In this document: one piece after another, positions 49,716-59,231 of the stretch
How positions within the stretch are numbered: position 1 is the first letter of the stretch
Layout of the letters: every line of letters starts with the position of its first letter
Virus record (IMG/VR): IMGVR_UViG_3300045996_001613
Coordinates: 1-64,000 of that record
From: a virus
Length of the DNA: 64,000 bases
Strand: one strand, 5' to 3'
The notes under the pieces: generated by a model
Told to the model about the DNA's origin: nothing
What the model saw: only the letters and a program-made list of their open reading frames with translations
Databases searched by the model: none
Position numbers and translations under genes: made by a program

Positions 49716-49989
49716 GCGCCACGCCCCCCTAGATTAATGCCGGTCCCTCGGGCACAACCGCGAATGATCGCGGCCCCTACGTCCGCTGACTCATGACCGG
49801 CCCTACCAACGTATTGCGGCGGCAACATTGAGATGGAGCCGCCGATAATATCAAGTTCAAGCCGGAGAGCCACTGTCGGTATCGGGAAGATCAGGCGACA
49901 GGAAACCCAGGATTTTTTTTCTCGCGGATTTTTCAACTCCTGCCGTTGACTCTCCGGCCCACCCATACTACTCTCCCCCTCCTTAGATT

Positions 49990-51015
49990 TCAAGACCCAC
50001 TTTTGAACCGTACATTGTGCTGGTCCTCTATGTACCCGTCCTCGTCCAGCCGGTACGCGACCGACCCGACGCGGCTGGCAACCCGTAGTTCCTCCTCGTA
50101 GTCGTCGCCCTCCGCGATGGCTGGGAGCCGTATTAATTCCATCTCCGCGGCCTCGGAGACCTCGCGGTGGTGAAGATGCCCGATGTAGTAGTAGTAGTGC
50201 TCGACGAAGGCGCGATCCTCCACGCTGGCAACCATACTGACAGCCGTACGACTCTTCTCATGGGCCGAGGGGCTGCTTAGGGAGTTGATTCCCTTGCCGT
50301 GGTCAAAGAAGTGCATGCACTTCCCCTCCTTGAACCACACTTTCTGATCGTTGCGGACGTTGACAGTGACGCCGGGAACGTTTCTATACCATGCGTCTAC
50401 TTCTCTATAAGTCAGGTGGAGAAAGATGTGATCGTGGTTGCCCTCGGTGAACTCTATCTCCACCTCGTCACAGACCTCCCGGAGCCTGTCTATGCGATAC
50501 TTCTCCGCCGCGGAACCCTCCTCTATGACCTTCTTGGCCCGCGTATCTTGGTGAAGTTGCGTGCCCGACTGCGTCTGCCCGTCAATCGCGTGCCAGAAGT
50601 CCCCGATATTTGTAGCGTAGATCTTCCGGCAGTGTCCGGGCTGGCGCAAGATCCACGCGGCTACATCGTCCGCGGTCTCACGTATGCGCTGACACGCGAT
50701 GTGGGTGTCGTAGTCCTCTCCCCACCCCTCCTTGCCCCACACGTACTTGCCTATGTGGGGATCGGCTATAGGTGCATGACACACCCAATCGGGACCCTCG
50801 TCTTTGACGTACTTGACCTTGCGTGGGCGCTTCTCCTCCTCACGCACAAAGCCCTCGTGAATGGCTTCTGCTGCCACGATGGACAGTTCCCGCCAGTCAT
50901 AGAGGGCTGCTTGTATTTTCTGTAGTTCGGTGTTTGCGCTAGTGAGTCTACTTTGGAATCGCTTTAGATCCCTCCGGTGTGCATCGTGGCTATACCACCA
51001 CTGTGCGCTTGCCAC
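49990..51015 (-). CDS. calcineurin-like metallophosphoesterase
   Basis: ADPHIG, GDFWH, GNHD, DHG, GHLH. Confidence 0.85.
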   Translation of the reverse strand: MASAQWWYSHDAHRRDLKRFQSRLTSANTELQKIQAALYDWRELSIVAAEAIHEGFVREEEKRPRKVKYVKDEGPDWVCHAPIADPHIGKYVWGKEGWGEDYDTHIACQRIRETADDVAAWILRQPGHCRKIYATNIGDFWHAIDGQTQSGTQLHQDTRAKKVIEEGSAAEKYRIDRLREVCDEVEIEFTEGNHDHIFLHLTYREVDAWYRNVPGVTVNVRNDQKVWFKEGKCMHFFDHGKGINSLSSPSAHEKSRTAVSMVASVEDRAFVEHYYYYIGHLHHREVSEAAEMELIRLPAIAEGDDYEEELRVASRVGSVAYRLDEDGYIEDQHNVRFKSGS

Positions 51016-51076
51016 TCGGACCTCCCGTATACCGCTTACACGTCGGGAGTATTATACCTCAACTATTGACGATTCT

Positions 51077-51481
51077 CTAGTTGAAATTTCCTTTAACGAT
51101 AGACTGTGGATTGTAGATCAGCGTGTCCAGCATGTCCCTTAGCTCTCGGCGCTGCTCTCTGTAGGACGGAACACGAGGATCGGATAGCCGGAAGGTGTTG
51201 GGTGCCATAGAGTAGTCTATGACTACCGGGATGTCCATGAACGAAGTGCTCTTTTCGCGCTCCAGACCACGAAGGAACGCACGAGCCATCGCCCCTTCGA
51301 GGTTTTTAAGCATGATACGATTAATCTCTTTTTCCAGCGCATCGCGGTCCTCTTCGTCCATGTTCTCTAGCATCTTACTCAGCTTGGGGGCGTCCGCATC
51401 TTGCACGGTCTTGAGGAAAGGGGCGAAGTCTCCGCCACCCTTCCCTCTCCTGAGACCGGGGTCTCCCGCATTAGGCATCAA
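51077..51481 (-). CDS. hypothetical protein
   Basis: 134 aa coupled ORF. Confidence 0.55.
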   Translation of the reverse strand: MMPNAGDPGLRRGKGGGDFAPFLKTVQDADAPKLSKMLENMDEEDRDALEKEINRIMLKNLEGAMARAFLRGLEREKSTSFMDIPVVIDYSMAPNTFRLSDPRVPSYREQRRELRDMLDTLIYNPQSIVKGNFN

Positions 51482-51719
51482 AACGATCCCCCTTGCGTCC
51501 GGGCTTTATCCCGAGGGATGCCTTGGAGCGCGTGTAACGCTGTGCCGTTAGCCCCGCGAGCACCTGCACGACCACTACTAGGGTCGCAAGTTGCTCCTCG
51601 GTGAGTGCGTTGTCCACGCCCGTCAGCGCGATTACCCCCGCGTTGATCGCCGCGGCAATAGCCTGACTAACCGGAATAGGATACTGCTTGAGCAGTTTCT
51701 TGATCTTCCTCATATTCAT
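51471..51719 (-). CDS. holin-like two-TM protein
   Basis: two hydrophobic helices, basic termini, follows endolysin. Confidence 0.65.
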   Translation of the reverse strand: MNMRKIKKLLKQYPIPVSQAIAAAINAGVIALTGVDNALTEEQLATLVVVVQVLAGLTAQRYTRSKASLGIKPGRKGDRFDA

Positions 51720-52366
51720 TGCTTACCTCCTCTCTGCTGACCTATCACGGCCATTACATCTTTAGTTGGTGCGTCGGGAGCCGTGACCCGACTAAGACGG
51801 TTTTTCCAATGTCGCTCTAGCCGAGCGAAGTCTACATCATAGGGGTTGTCCGGGTTGTTCGACCGTCCATTGCCATCGTTGTACGCCTCGATAGCGTTTA
51901 GGTAGTCATACCGCGACAAGAGGCTGTCGAGGAATCTGATCGCGACGCGCAGTTGGTAACGAACAACGTGTGCCCCACCTTCACGGTTCGCCTCGATTAC
52001 GAAGTCCTTCATCGTAAGCTGTGGGACTCCGACGCCGTTCTGTCCCCCACCTTCCTCGATATTAAGAAGCAGAGCAACCACCCGGTCCTGGGTCACCGGC
52101 ACGCGGCAATACGGGGGCTCCTCGGTCCACGAGGGTCCCCAATCGCATCCAAAGATGTTCCTAGCCCCACTCTCCTTTTCCGCGAGGGCCGCGATCCGGG
52201 CTACATTGATACGCTTGCTATTAAACTGCCGTACCTCGCTGACTAGGATGCTGCCGATAGGCTCATATGGACCTAGCCAGTCGTAGTGATTGGCAAAGTA
52301 GCGGTCAATTATCTGCACCTTGGCAGAATCCCTTACGCCGAACTCTAGTCTCGATCCGCCTCGCAT
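51716..52366 (-). CDS. lysozyme/transglycosylase-fold endolysin
   Basis: EKES, GVGVPQLT, AYN.G motifs. Confidence 0.75.
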   Translation of the reverse strand: MRGGSRLEFGVRDSAKVQIIDRYFANHYDWLGPYEPIGSILVSEVRQFNSKRINVARIAALAEKESGARNIFGCDWGPSWTEEPPYCRVPVTQDRVVALLLNIEEGGGQNGVGVPQLTMKDFVIEANREGGAHVVRYQLRVAIRFLDSLLSRYDYLNAIEAYNDGNGRSNNPDNPYDVDFARLERHWKNRLSRVTAPDAPTKDVMAVIGQQRGGKQ

Positions 52367-52959
52367 TACCACTCCCTCAGCCTGACCTGTGCAGCCCAAT
52401 CGAGCACAGTGATGTGTATATGGTAGTCATGCCTCGCGTCAGACCCCGCGGGTCCCGGCGGCGAGCCCTCCCACCACGTCTGGAACGTCACCGGGTTACG
52501 CACCCACATGCGACCCCGGTATATCGCCCACCAGATGTCCGGGGGGCTCTCATCGTTGAAGATATGCGACCACACCGCGGCACCTACATCTAGGGGCAGT
52601 GGATCTCCACGCCCCCCAAACCCCCATATGTCGTAGGAGGTCATATCCCTGTTCCACTCCGGCGGGTGTTGGAAGTACGTGTTTGCCCATATCTTGCCCT
52701 TGAATTGAGGCAGGTTCACCAGTTGGTGCAGATAGCTCTCGACGTCCGGGGGTCGCCAGTTGTAGTTCGTGGGGTGCGCCTTTACATACGGACCCGCGGT
52801 CGACCCGTCCTTACCCACACCGGGCTGCAAGATCACGGCCCGACGCCGCAGCGCCGCGTGCGTGTCTTCCTGCTGCTTGCGCTGTCTATTTCTGCGCTGT
52901 TTCAGGTTGCGCTTGCGCTGCTGGCGACGTAGTACGCGCTTCTGGCGCTTGGTAACCAC
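52366..52959 (-). CDS. putative Zn peptidoglycan peptidase (M15/DD-peptidase-like)
   Basis: TY..H.......SYD, IYRGRMW, HDYHIHI; basic N-terminus. Confidence 0.6.
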   Translation of the reverse strand: MVTKRQKRVLRRQQRKRNLKQRRNRQRKQQEDTHAALRRRAVILQPGVGKDGSTAGPYVKAHPTNYNWRPPDVESYLHQLVNLPQFKGKIWANTYFQHPPEWNRDMTSYDIWGFGGRGDPLPLDVGAAVWSHIFNDESPPDIWWAIYRGRMWVRNPVTFQTWWEGSPPGPAGSDARHDYHIHITVLDWAAQVRLREW

Positions 52960-52961
52960 TG

Positions 52962-53648
52962 CTACGCAGCCTTGGGCTCCGTTGAGGAGCAGCCTGTCCA
53001 TCCAGAGAGATAGGAGAGTTCCCGCATGGTGCGATCATGCATGTACACGATGCCGCCGTCCCCGTAGTCCGTTCCCCACGAGTTCTGGAATATCCAGATA
53101 GTGTTTCCGTCATGGAGTACGTAGAATCCTATGCAAAGTATCGCATGTCCTCCAACGAGAGGTCCGGTGGGGTAAATGAAGTTGTACCGATCCGGCTCGT
53201 ACATCCCGTCGAACCAGCGCATCGTCATGACCACTGGCCCCTTGTTCATTCTCATCCAGAGCTTTACGTCGTCGAGTGTTCTTGCCCACACGAATCTCTC
53301 GATGTATCCATAGCCGCGATAGATCTTCGCGCCCGCCTGATTACTGGTCCCCTCTTCTGGGGGCGTGTCGGCAAACTCGTCTATCGCTTGCGCCTCGGGA
53401 TAGAAGCGGAAGGCGTCCTCGTCGGTCAGGAGCGTCGCGGGCACGCGAGGCCCCGCGTTGATCTTGTGCGCCCATGCAAAGAGCACACAGGCCCCCTCCT
53501 GACCCTGATTCAGAGTGGGTCCGGGATCGTAGAATGGTGACGTCTGTATAGTGGCGGTCGCGGGGAACTCCGCGGCCATGAGATAGTTTAGAGCACGCTC
53601 ATCTACAACGTACTTCGCTCCCAATCCTTTACGTCCACGTTTACTCAT
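52962..53648 (-). CDS. papain-like (C1) cysteine peptidase
   Basis: NQG.EGACV, GGHAI, QNSWG..YG..G. Confidence 0.9.
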   Translation of the reverse strand: MSKRGRKGLGAKYVVDERALNYLMAAEFPATATIQTSPFYDPGPTLNQGQEGACVLFAWAHKINAGPRVPATLLTDEDAFRFYPEAQAIDEFADTPPEEGTSNQAGAKIYRGYGYIERFVWARTLDDVKLWMRMNKGPVVMTMRWFDGMYEPDRYNFIYPTGPLVGGHAILCIGFYVLHDGNTIWIFQNSWGTDYGDGGIVYMHDRTMRELSYLSGWTGCSSTEPKAA

Positions 53649-53682
53649 AATGGTATTGTACCAACCTTTGCTTTTATTGTAA

Positions 53683-54135
53683 CTAAGAGCCGTTCCTTCG
53701 TTCTCTTTGCCTCGCTATGTACATGTACCACCGTCGACGATAGTTTCGTATCCCCAAAAGTATCACGAACAGTAGAATCTGGATCGCGCCCATAAGCATC
53801 TCGGTACTTATGAGTAGAGAAGATATAAATATGGCACGGTCCTCTCCCGACTCGGTAGTGGGAGGGATCATAATCGCGATCAGTCCCGCGGAGGTAATAA
53901 CCAGATCCATAGGAACAAAGACCACGGACATAATGAACAAGCGAAAGGACAGGAATATAGAGCTATCACTTAGTATTTTCTCGGACTCCGTGGGCATGTC
54001 CGCTAATAGTCCAGCCCTCTCAGCAAGGTTTACTTGCCACTCTTCCCATGCTAGCAAGGGGATTATGACAGAAAGTATCAGGAGTAGGAATCCTATGCCT
54101 GTCCATGTATACGCGAGATAATCTGTTGCAGTCAC
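53683..54135 (-). CDS. three-TM membrane protein
   Basis: hydrophobic helices, basic C-terminus. Confidence 0.65.
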   Translation of the reverse strand: MTATDYLAYTWTGIGFLLLILSVIIPLLAWEEWQVNLAERAGLLADMPTESEKILSDSSIFLSFRLFIMSVVFVPMDLVITSAGLIAIMIPPTTESGEDRAIFISSLLISTEMLMGAIQILLFVILLGIRNYRRRWYMYIARQRERRNGS

Positions 54136-54401
54136 TACGATCCCTTCTTATCTTTAATTGACGCCTCCTTCGCCAAGGCTATTTCCCTTATGCGGAGGAC
54201 GTGCTGCTCAATCCTCTCGGCGCTGGTTTTTACGTTGTTAGTCTCTTTGCGTATTGCTTCTAGGTCTCTCTCGCTTAGATCGCCCTCTACCTCAAAGGTC
54301 TCGAATGCACGGTCTTCTTTGCAGAACAGATACCATACCCCCCCTCCTATAGACATTCCGAAGACCAAAATCGCAATGATTTGAAATATAACTATCGTCA
54401 C
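54135..54401 (-). CDS. membrane-anchored coiled-coil protein
   Basis: N-terminal TM. Confidence 0.6.
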   Translation of the reverse strand: MTIVIFQIIAILVFGMSIGGGVWYLFCKEDRAFETFEVEGDLSERDLEAIRKETNNVKTSAERIEQHVLRIREIALAKEASIKDKKGS

Positions 54402-54739
54402 TCTGGGCCTCCCTTGCTCAGTCTTCTGACATAAAGATCGGCCAACTCCACTGTAGCCCTCTGTCCCGCTTGGATAGCGGGTATGATCGAGTCACGATAC
54501 TGCGCCACCGTCGTTTCCAAGCTGGAAATGCGACTATTCTGGCTATCTATCGTCTTGTCGCGATCTTCTATGCGCTTGTCCTTCTCTTTATTGAGCAGCC
54601 AGAACAAAGCGGCGATGGCCGACAGTATAGGCAAAACCAGCGTGGTAATCAACCACTGCGGAGGGATTGTAAAGCCTCCGGATGATACTTGGATTAGAAG
54701 TCCCACTTGCGCCCCCTCGGTTATCAGGCAGTCTACCAT
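54398..54739 (-). CDS. membrane-anchored coiled-coil protein (holin-like)
   Basis: TM plus coiled coil upstream of lysis genes. Confidence 0.6.
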   Translation of the reverse strand: MVDCLITEGAQVGLLIQVSSGGFTIPPQWLITTLVLPILSAIAALFWLLNKEKDKRIEDRDKTIDSQNSRISSLETTVAQYRDSIIPAIQAGQRATVELADLYVRRLSKGGPE

Positions 54740-54755
54740 TTAATAAAACTTAAAA

Positions 54756-56039
54756 CTACGCCTCGCCGCGAATACCAACCATTCCCACCAGATCGATGCC
54801 TTCCGCGGCAGGAGGAGTGCCTGAGGCGATTGGGGGTAGGGTCAGAGACGTAGTGCTGGTACGCATATTGGTGTTGTGGCCGGTTGCTGTTCCCGCGGTG
54901 ACCGTTTGCCAAATAATCTGTATTAACAGATATTCGTTGGCAAATACGACGTCACTAGCAGGCGTGAGTATTGCCGAGAGGTGAGTGTCCCCGTTCGTCT
55001 GTGCAGCGGGCCACGTTACTTGGTCGCTGACCACGTCGGACCCTATCTGTGTGGGGCTGGACCCGGTTGCGCTTGCACTTCTGAAAAAGCGCACTCTGAT
55101 CGAGTGGGCTCCGGCTGACGCGGCGGTCCCCTTGCCGTGCCATAGGAAGTGCCAAGGCTTACCCGCGGGCAACGTCTTACTCAGTGGACCCACCACGATG
55201 CAGTCTCCACGAGCCGCGTCAGGCAAGGATGAGGGTATCGTAGTTACGAAGGAGGCACGAGGGATGATGAAGTTAGAGTCCATTAGAGCGTATCTGGGAA
55301 CCGGCGTGCTGTTGCCGTAGTTAAATCCGGTCCCTCCTCCCGCCGAGTCTATCGGACTGTCGTCAGACGTCGAATGGTGGTTGTTTACTCCCGACTCTAC
55401 TAATGGGGTAGCCAACCACTTGCGATCTATTGTCTCGGCTTCGGTGTCGGGATGCAGTATGACCGTAAACGCGGACCATGCAGATGAAGTGATGGTTATA
55501 CTGGAGTCTCCACACAGCCCCTCGGAGGCTAGGTTCTCAGAAGCTATCTGGCAGGACCTCACGGCACCATTCTGCTCCTGATGCACCGTGCCCGTCGCGG
55601 GGTCGCCCATAGCGTTAACTGAGTTGCACGCCCATCCCCGTACGAGAAGCGAATTTGCCGCGTAGCTGTACGTGCCGGGTGCTGTGGCCGTTGTGCTGTT
55701 TGCATTTCCCGTTTTGGGCCTAAAGTTTGCAATGGCTCGTGTCACGTGGCAGTTTTGAAAGGCCCCCGCGACCCAATTACCTACAGTGGCAGCGCTAATG
55801 GTAAAGCTCCAACTGGTCTCTCCGGCCCCAGCTTTACCCCACAGTGCGTAAAAGTTGTTGTTGCCGACGTTCTGCGCTCGTACTGAGGCCCATCCCGTCG
55901 GTTGCACTGTGACAAGAGCAGCGCTGTCCAGTATCAGGAAGGCGACAATCCAGTCCCCCTCTTGTGCACCCGGTACGCTGACAGCTTGGGTAGTAGAGGA
56001 GGCGTTAGACCCCTTGTTGGATGTCCGGAGGGACGGCAT
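54756..56039 (-). CDS. tail fibre/minor tail protein
   Basis: Thr/Ser/Ala/Gly-rich beta-sandwich pattern (GDWIVAF, PTGW). Confidence 0.65.
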   Translation of the reverse strand: MPSLRTSNKGSNASSTTQAVSVPGAQEGDWIVAFLILDSAALVTVQPTGWASVRAQNVGNNNFYALWGKAGAGETSWSFTISAATVGNWVAGAFQNCHVTRAIANFRPKTGNANSTTATAPGTYSYAANSLLVRGWACNSVNAMGDPATGTVHQEQNGAVRSCQIASENLASEGLCGDSSITITSSAWSAFTVILHPDTEAETIDRKWLATPLVESGVNNHHSTSDDSPIDSAGGGTGFNYGNSTPVPRYALMDSNFIIPRASFVTTIPSSLPDAARGDCIVVGPLSKTLPAGKPWHFLWHGKGTAASAGAHSIRVRFFRSASATGSSPTQIGSDVVSDQVTWPAAQTNGDTHLSAILTPASDVVFANEYLLIQIIWQTVTAGTATGHNTNMRTSTTSLTLPPIASGTPPAAEGIDLVGMVGIRGEA

Positions 56040-57337
56040 TACGCCTCTGTGACGCGGCAGGTGTTTCCGCGGCATGTAACCATCGAGTTCAGTATGGGCT
56101 GGAGCCAGGACTTAACCTGCTGGCCCTCTGCAGTATTGACAATGTTGGTCAACTCGTAGGGGTCCGCGTCGTCCCCGCCTATATCAAAGATCAGAATGGG
56201 CTCAGTTTTATTGGAGCGCTGAATGTAGGCGTACGCTTCGTTGGTTTGGTAGTCCATTGTACGGAGCATTTTCCAGCCTGATCCCGTAGATTCAATTAAC
56301 ACCTTGGTGCGCCAATCAGTAGGTACAACACCCGAGAAGGTGGGCACTAGGCTGCGCCCGTCCCAATCGGACCACGAGGCCCCTGCGAGGTCTGCAATGG
56401 TCGTAGGTATGTCTATGTGGGAGACTAGGGCAGGGCTCTTGACTCCCGCGGGAATCGTGGGACCCGTCGCGGTAAACGGAATCTTTACGGTTTCGTTCCA
56501 CCACTTATCTTTCTGGTACTGGTCGTGCTCGCCTAGCAGATAGCCGTTGTCGGCAACGTGTATTACGTAGGTGTTCTCCAGTTGTCCATTAGCCGCCAGA
56601 CTGGTGTAGATGCGGTCGATAGCCTCATCCAACTCCTGCACCTCCTCCAGCTTCCCTTCTTGTACCTGCTGCTGGGCCTCCCTCTCCGCGGGGCTCATCC
56701 CCGTCATGTTGGGGGTGATGGCTAAGGGAGTATCATCATGCAGGTGTTCGTACTCGGGCTCCGGCTTGTACGGGCTGTGAGGGCTTAGGTACGAAGCCGT
56801 GATAAAGAAGGGCTCGGGCCGGGTTGACTGCTGATTAAGAAACGACTCCACCCTGCTAGTGATAAGCTCAGAGCTATAGTGAGGCGGCTGGGCGAAGGTC
56901 CTAACTGTGCCAAACTCATTAAAGGTGTGAGACGGCTCGGTGTCGACAATCTTGTTTGCATGCACGAACCATGCACTCTGATCGTAGCCGGGGGGCAGGT
57001 CCAAGGGCATGTTGAAGTAACCGTTTTGGATCTTGCCAAAGTATCCCACTCGATACCCCATCGACTGCAACCGAGTGGCGGGAGTGTCGAGCAGTAGCCC
57101 CTTACTCTTTCCTGCAGAGTATCCGGTGTCCGTGTTGACTGTAACCCGGTGGGTGTGCTGGTGTTTGCCACAGATCATCGTCCATCGCGTCGGTGTGCAC
57201 AGAGGGGTCGAGCAAAACCCGTTATCGTAGTCTATGCCGCCGTCCACCATGTGATGAAACTTCTTGGGCATGACGTCGCGATGGTGGGTGTACTTCTTGG
57301 GATCATCGTCGGAAATCAACAGTACTATGTTGAACAT
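56039..57337 (-). CDS. sulfatase
   Basis: NIVLLISDD, CTPTR (CxPxR), GK, PHSP, DNG...GEH, K, DI.PT-like, DPYELTN. Confidence 0.92.
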   Translation of the reverse strand: MFNIVLLISDDDPKKYTHHRDVMPKKFHHMVDGGIDYDNGFCSTPLCTPTRWTMICGKHQHTHRVTVNTDTGYSAGKSKGLLLDTPATRLQSMGYRVGYFGKIQNGYFNMPLDLPPGYDQSAWFVHANKIVDTEPSHTFNEFGTVRTFAQPPHYSSELITSRVESFLNQQSTRPEPFFITASYLSPHSPYKPEPEYEHLHDDTPLAITPNMTGMSPAEREAQQQVQEGKLEEVQELDEAIDRIYTSLAANGQLENTYVIHVADNGYLLGEHDQYQKDKWWNETVKIPFTATGPTIPAGVKSPALVSHIDIPTTIADLAGASWSDWDGRSLVPTFSGVVPTDWRTKVLIESTGSGWKMLRTMDYQTNEAYAYIQRSNKTEPILIFDIGGDDADPYELTNIVNTAEGQQVKSWLQPILNSMVTCRGNTCRVTEA

Positions 57338-57368
57338 GTTGCACCTTTCTTTGGTATATGTGTTTGGT

Positions 57369-58421
57369 TTAGTAGGTTCCCCTCACCTTCACGGTGAGAT
57401 TGGCACCCGTCGTGCCGGTCCCTACTTGGTCTATGTCACAGGTGATTATCGACCCTACCCCCGGCTGCGTAATGTCCGGCAGGGCAGCGTTCACGCGATA
57501 GTTTCCCGCGGGAGTTATAGCCGGTCGATTGCCCTGCGTAGTGTACAGAGTAGTCTTTGCCCCCGTGCTCAGGTTGACCGAGTTTATATCCACAATCACA
57601 TTTTGAGTGGTCGGCTTGGTATCACAGTAGATAGACACCTCTGTGATAGTGGGCGTACCGCTGTTGGGCAGGTGCTCCCCACCCACTCCGACTTGCGTTG
57701 CGAGGTTGCCTCCATAGAAAAACGTTGCATTCCACTCTCGGGTAGTGGGTGCCCTCGCGTCTGATAGCCTAGAATCGTTTCCTGCCGCGGCCTGCTGCGC
57801 CCCGGTGCCGAGGGTACGGAACGAGGGTATTGCTGCCGCCGCGTCAGAGGGGAGGCGTACCCATCTGCCGACTCCTGCCCCGCCATAGTTCGCGTCCCAC
57901 ACTAGAAGGGCTCGGCTGTTGGGGGAGAACTGCCCTCCGCCAACTACTCGACTGGTAGCCTCGGTTGCGTTCAGGGAAAGGGTGAAGGCAGAACGGTTGA
58001 CCACGTGTATGAATTGACCGTCAAATCCCCCCGCGTCAACTGTTACGCCGGTCCTGTCTGCGGTGGCTGTGACAAGTATTACGCCGTCGGTTCCTACCGC
58101 TATGGCTCCCGAGGCCGCAATGGTCTGCAGGGCTCGTACCGAGGGGCGTACCGGATCTGCGCCTCCCCATCCGTGGCTAGATCCGTGGCTAGTGGGCGTT
58201 CTCGCGTCTGACAGCCTAGAATCGTTCCCCGCCGCGGCCTGTTGAGCACCAGTACCGAGAGTGCGAAGGGAGCCGGTGGCTGCAGCCGCGTCCACGGCCA
58301 TTGCGTCTCCCCCTCCCGGCTGGTGCGACGAAGCGTGGGAAGCGGGTGCTTCGCCAGCCTTACTTAGGTTGACCCCGTTGTGCGTAGGACGATCTGGACC
58401 AAAGAAGTCGTGATCACCCAT
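57369..58421 (-). CDS. tail fibre protein with internal repeat
   Basis: RTLGTGAQQAAAGNDSRLSDAR twice; H...H..GG.D motifs. Confidence 0.75.
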   Translation of the reverse strand: MGDHDFFGPDRPTHNGVNLSKAGEAPASHASSHQPGGGDAMAVDAAAATGSLRTLGTGAQQAAAGNDSRLSDARTPTSHGSSHGWGGADPVRPSVRALQTIAASGAIAVGTDGVILVTATADRTGVTVDAGGFDGQFIHVVNRSAFTLSLNATEATSRVVGGGQFSPNSRALLVWDANYGGAGVGRWVRLPSDAAAAIPSFRTLGTGAQQAAAGNDSRLSDARAPTTREWNATFFYGGNLATQVGVGGEHLPNSGTPTITEVSIYCDTKPTTQNVIVDINSVNLSTGAKTTLYTTQGNRPAITPAGNYRVNAALPDITQPGVGSIITCDIDQVGTGTTGANLTVKVRGTY

Positions 58422-59219
58422 TTATCCGCCTAGTATTACAACGCGAAACTGGTCCGTAGTGGGAGCCGTGCCATACATCAGGCGCACTGTGTTCGTGTCC
58501 GGTCGACGGACTCCCGGCTGGGCCGAGGCCCACGGGGTAGAGTTGTAGTACACCTCTACCCCGACATCCCTAGATCCGAAGTTGTGGGTGATGTCTATCT
58601 GGGTCGCGGACCCGTTGCCCACATTTGAGGCAAACTTCTTGGCCCTCGCGTTTATCAGGTTCGTGATGGTGGTGGAGAAGTTGGCATCGTCCCCTAGGGC
58701 CGCGGCTAACTCGTTTAGTGTATCGAGGGTGCCGGGAGACGAATCCACGAGGTTCGATATCGCGGTGTCTACATAGCTTTCCGAGGCCAAGTTCGCGACG
58801 GCTGTAGCAATCTGTCCGAACGCCGCGGCGTCCGTATTTGCCGTGCCGTTTGCGAGGTTGACAATCTTCTGTGAGTTAAGGTCAACACTAGCCGTGGGGT
58901 CAGCCATGTCCGACCATTTCTGCGCTAGTACTGCCGTCGCGAAGTCCGAGATGGTCGCGGCAAGCTGTGATCCCGTATGGTTGGCTCGCGCCAGATAGTA
59001 CGTGCCGTCCTGACCGTCCAAGGTCTCCGCATCCCCGCCGCCTCCCGCGGTGCCAAGTGTTATAACGGTGCTCCCGTCATACACCTTGACCGCGTTGGCC
59101 GAGGAGTCCCACCAGATCGACCCCTCCGTAGGCGTGCCGTGGTTTCCCGCGATAAGCTGGAGAACCAAGTTTAGCGCCTGATGCTTGTTGAACTCTACAT
59201 TATAAAGAAACTCTGTCAT
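58422..59219 (-). CDS. tail fibre-like protein
   Basis: RANHTG.Q, SP.TLDTLNELAAALGDD.NF, THN.G. Confidence 0.8.
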   Translation of the reverse strand: MTEFLYNVEFNKHQALNLVLQLIAGNHGTPTEGSIWWDSSANAVKVYDGSTVITLGTAGGGGDAETLDGQDGTYYLARANHTGSQLAATISDFATAVLAQKWSDMADPTASVDLNSQKIVNLANGTANTDAAAFGQIATAVANLASESYVDTAISNLVDSSPGTLDTLNELAAALGDDANFSTTITNLINARAKKFASNVGNGSATQIDITHNFGSRDVGVEVYYNSTPWASAQPGVRRPDTNTVRLMYGTAPTTDQFRVVILGG

Positions 59220-59231
59220 GATCCCTTTCCC

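Noticed and set aside
49230-49990. Group I intron housing the EndoVII gene
   Set aside because: No interrupted host gene or recognisable P7 core found
57369-58421. Diversity-generating retroelement repeat pair
   Set aside because: Differences are mostly synonymous, not adenine-specific; no reverse transcriptase in window
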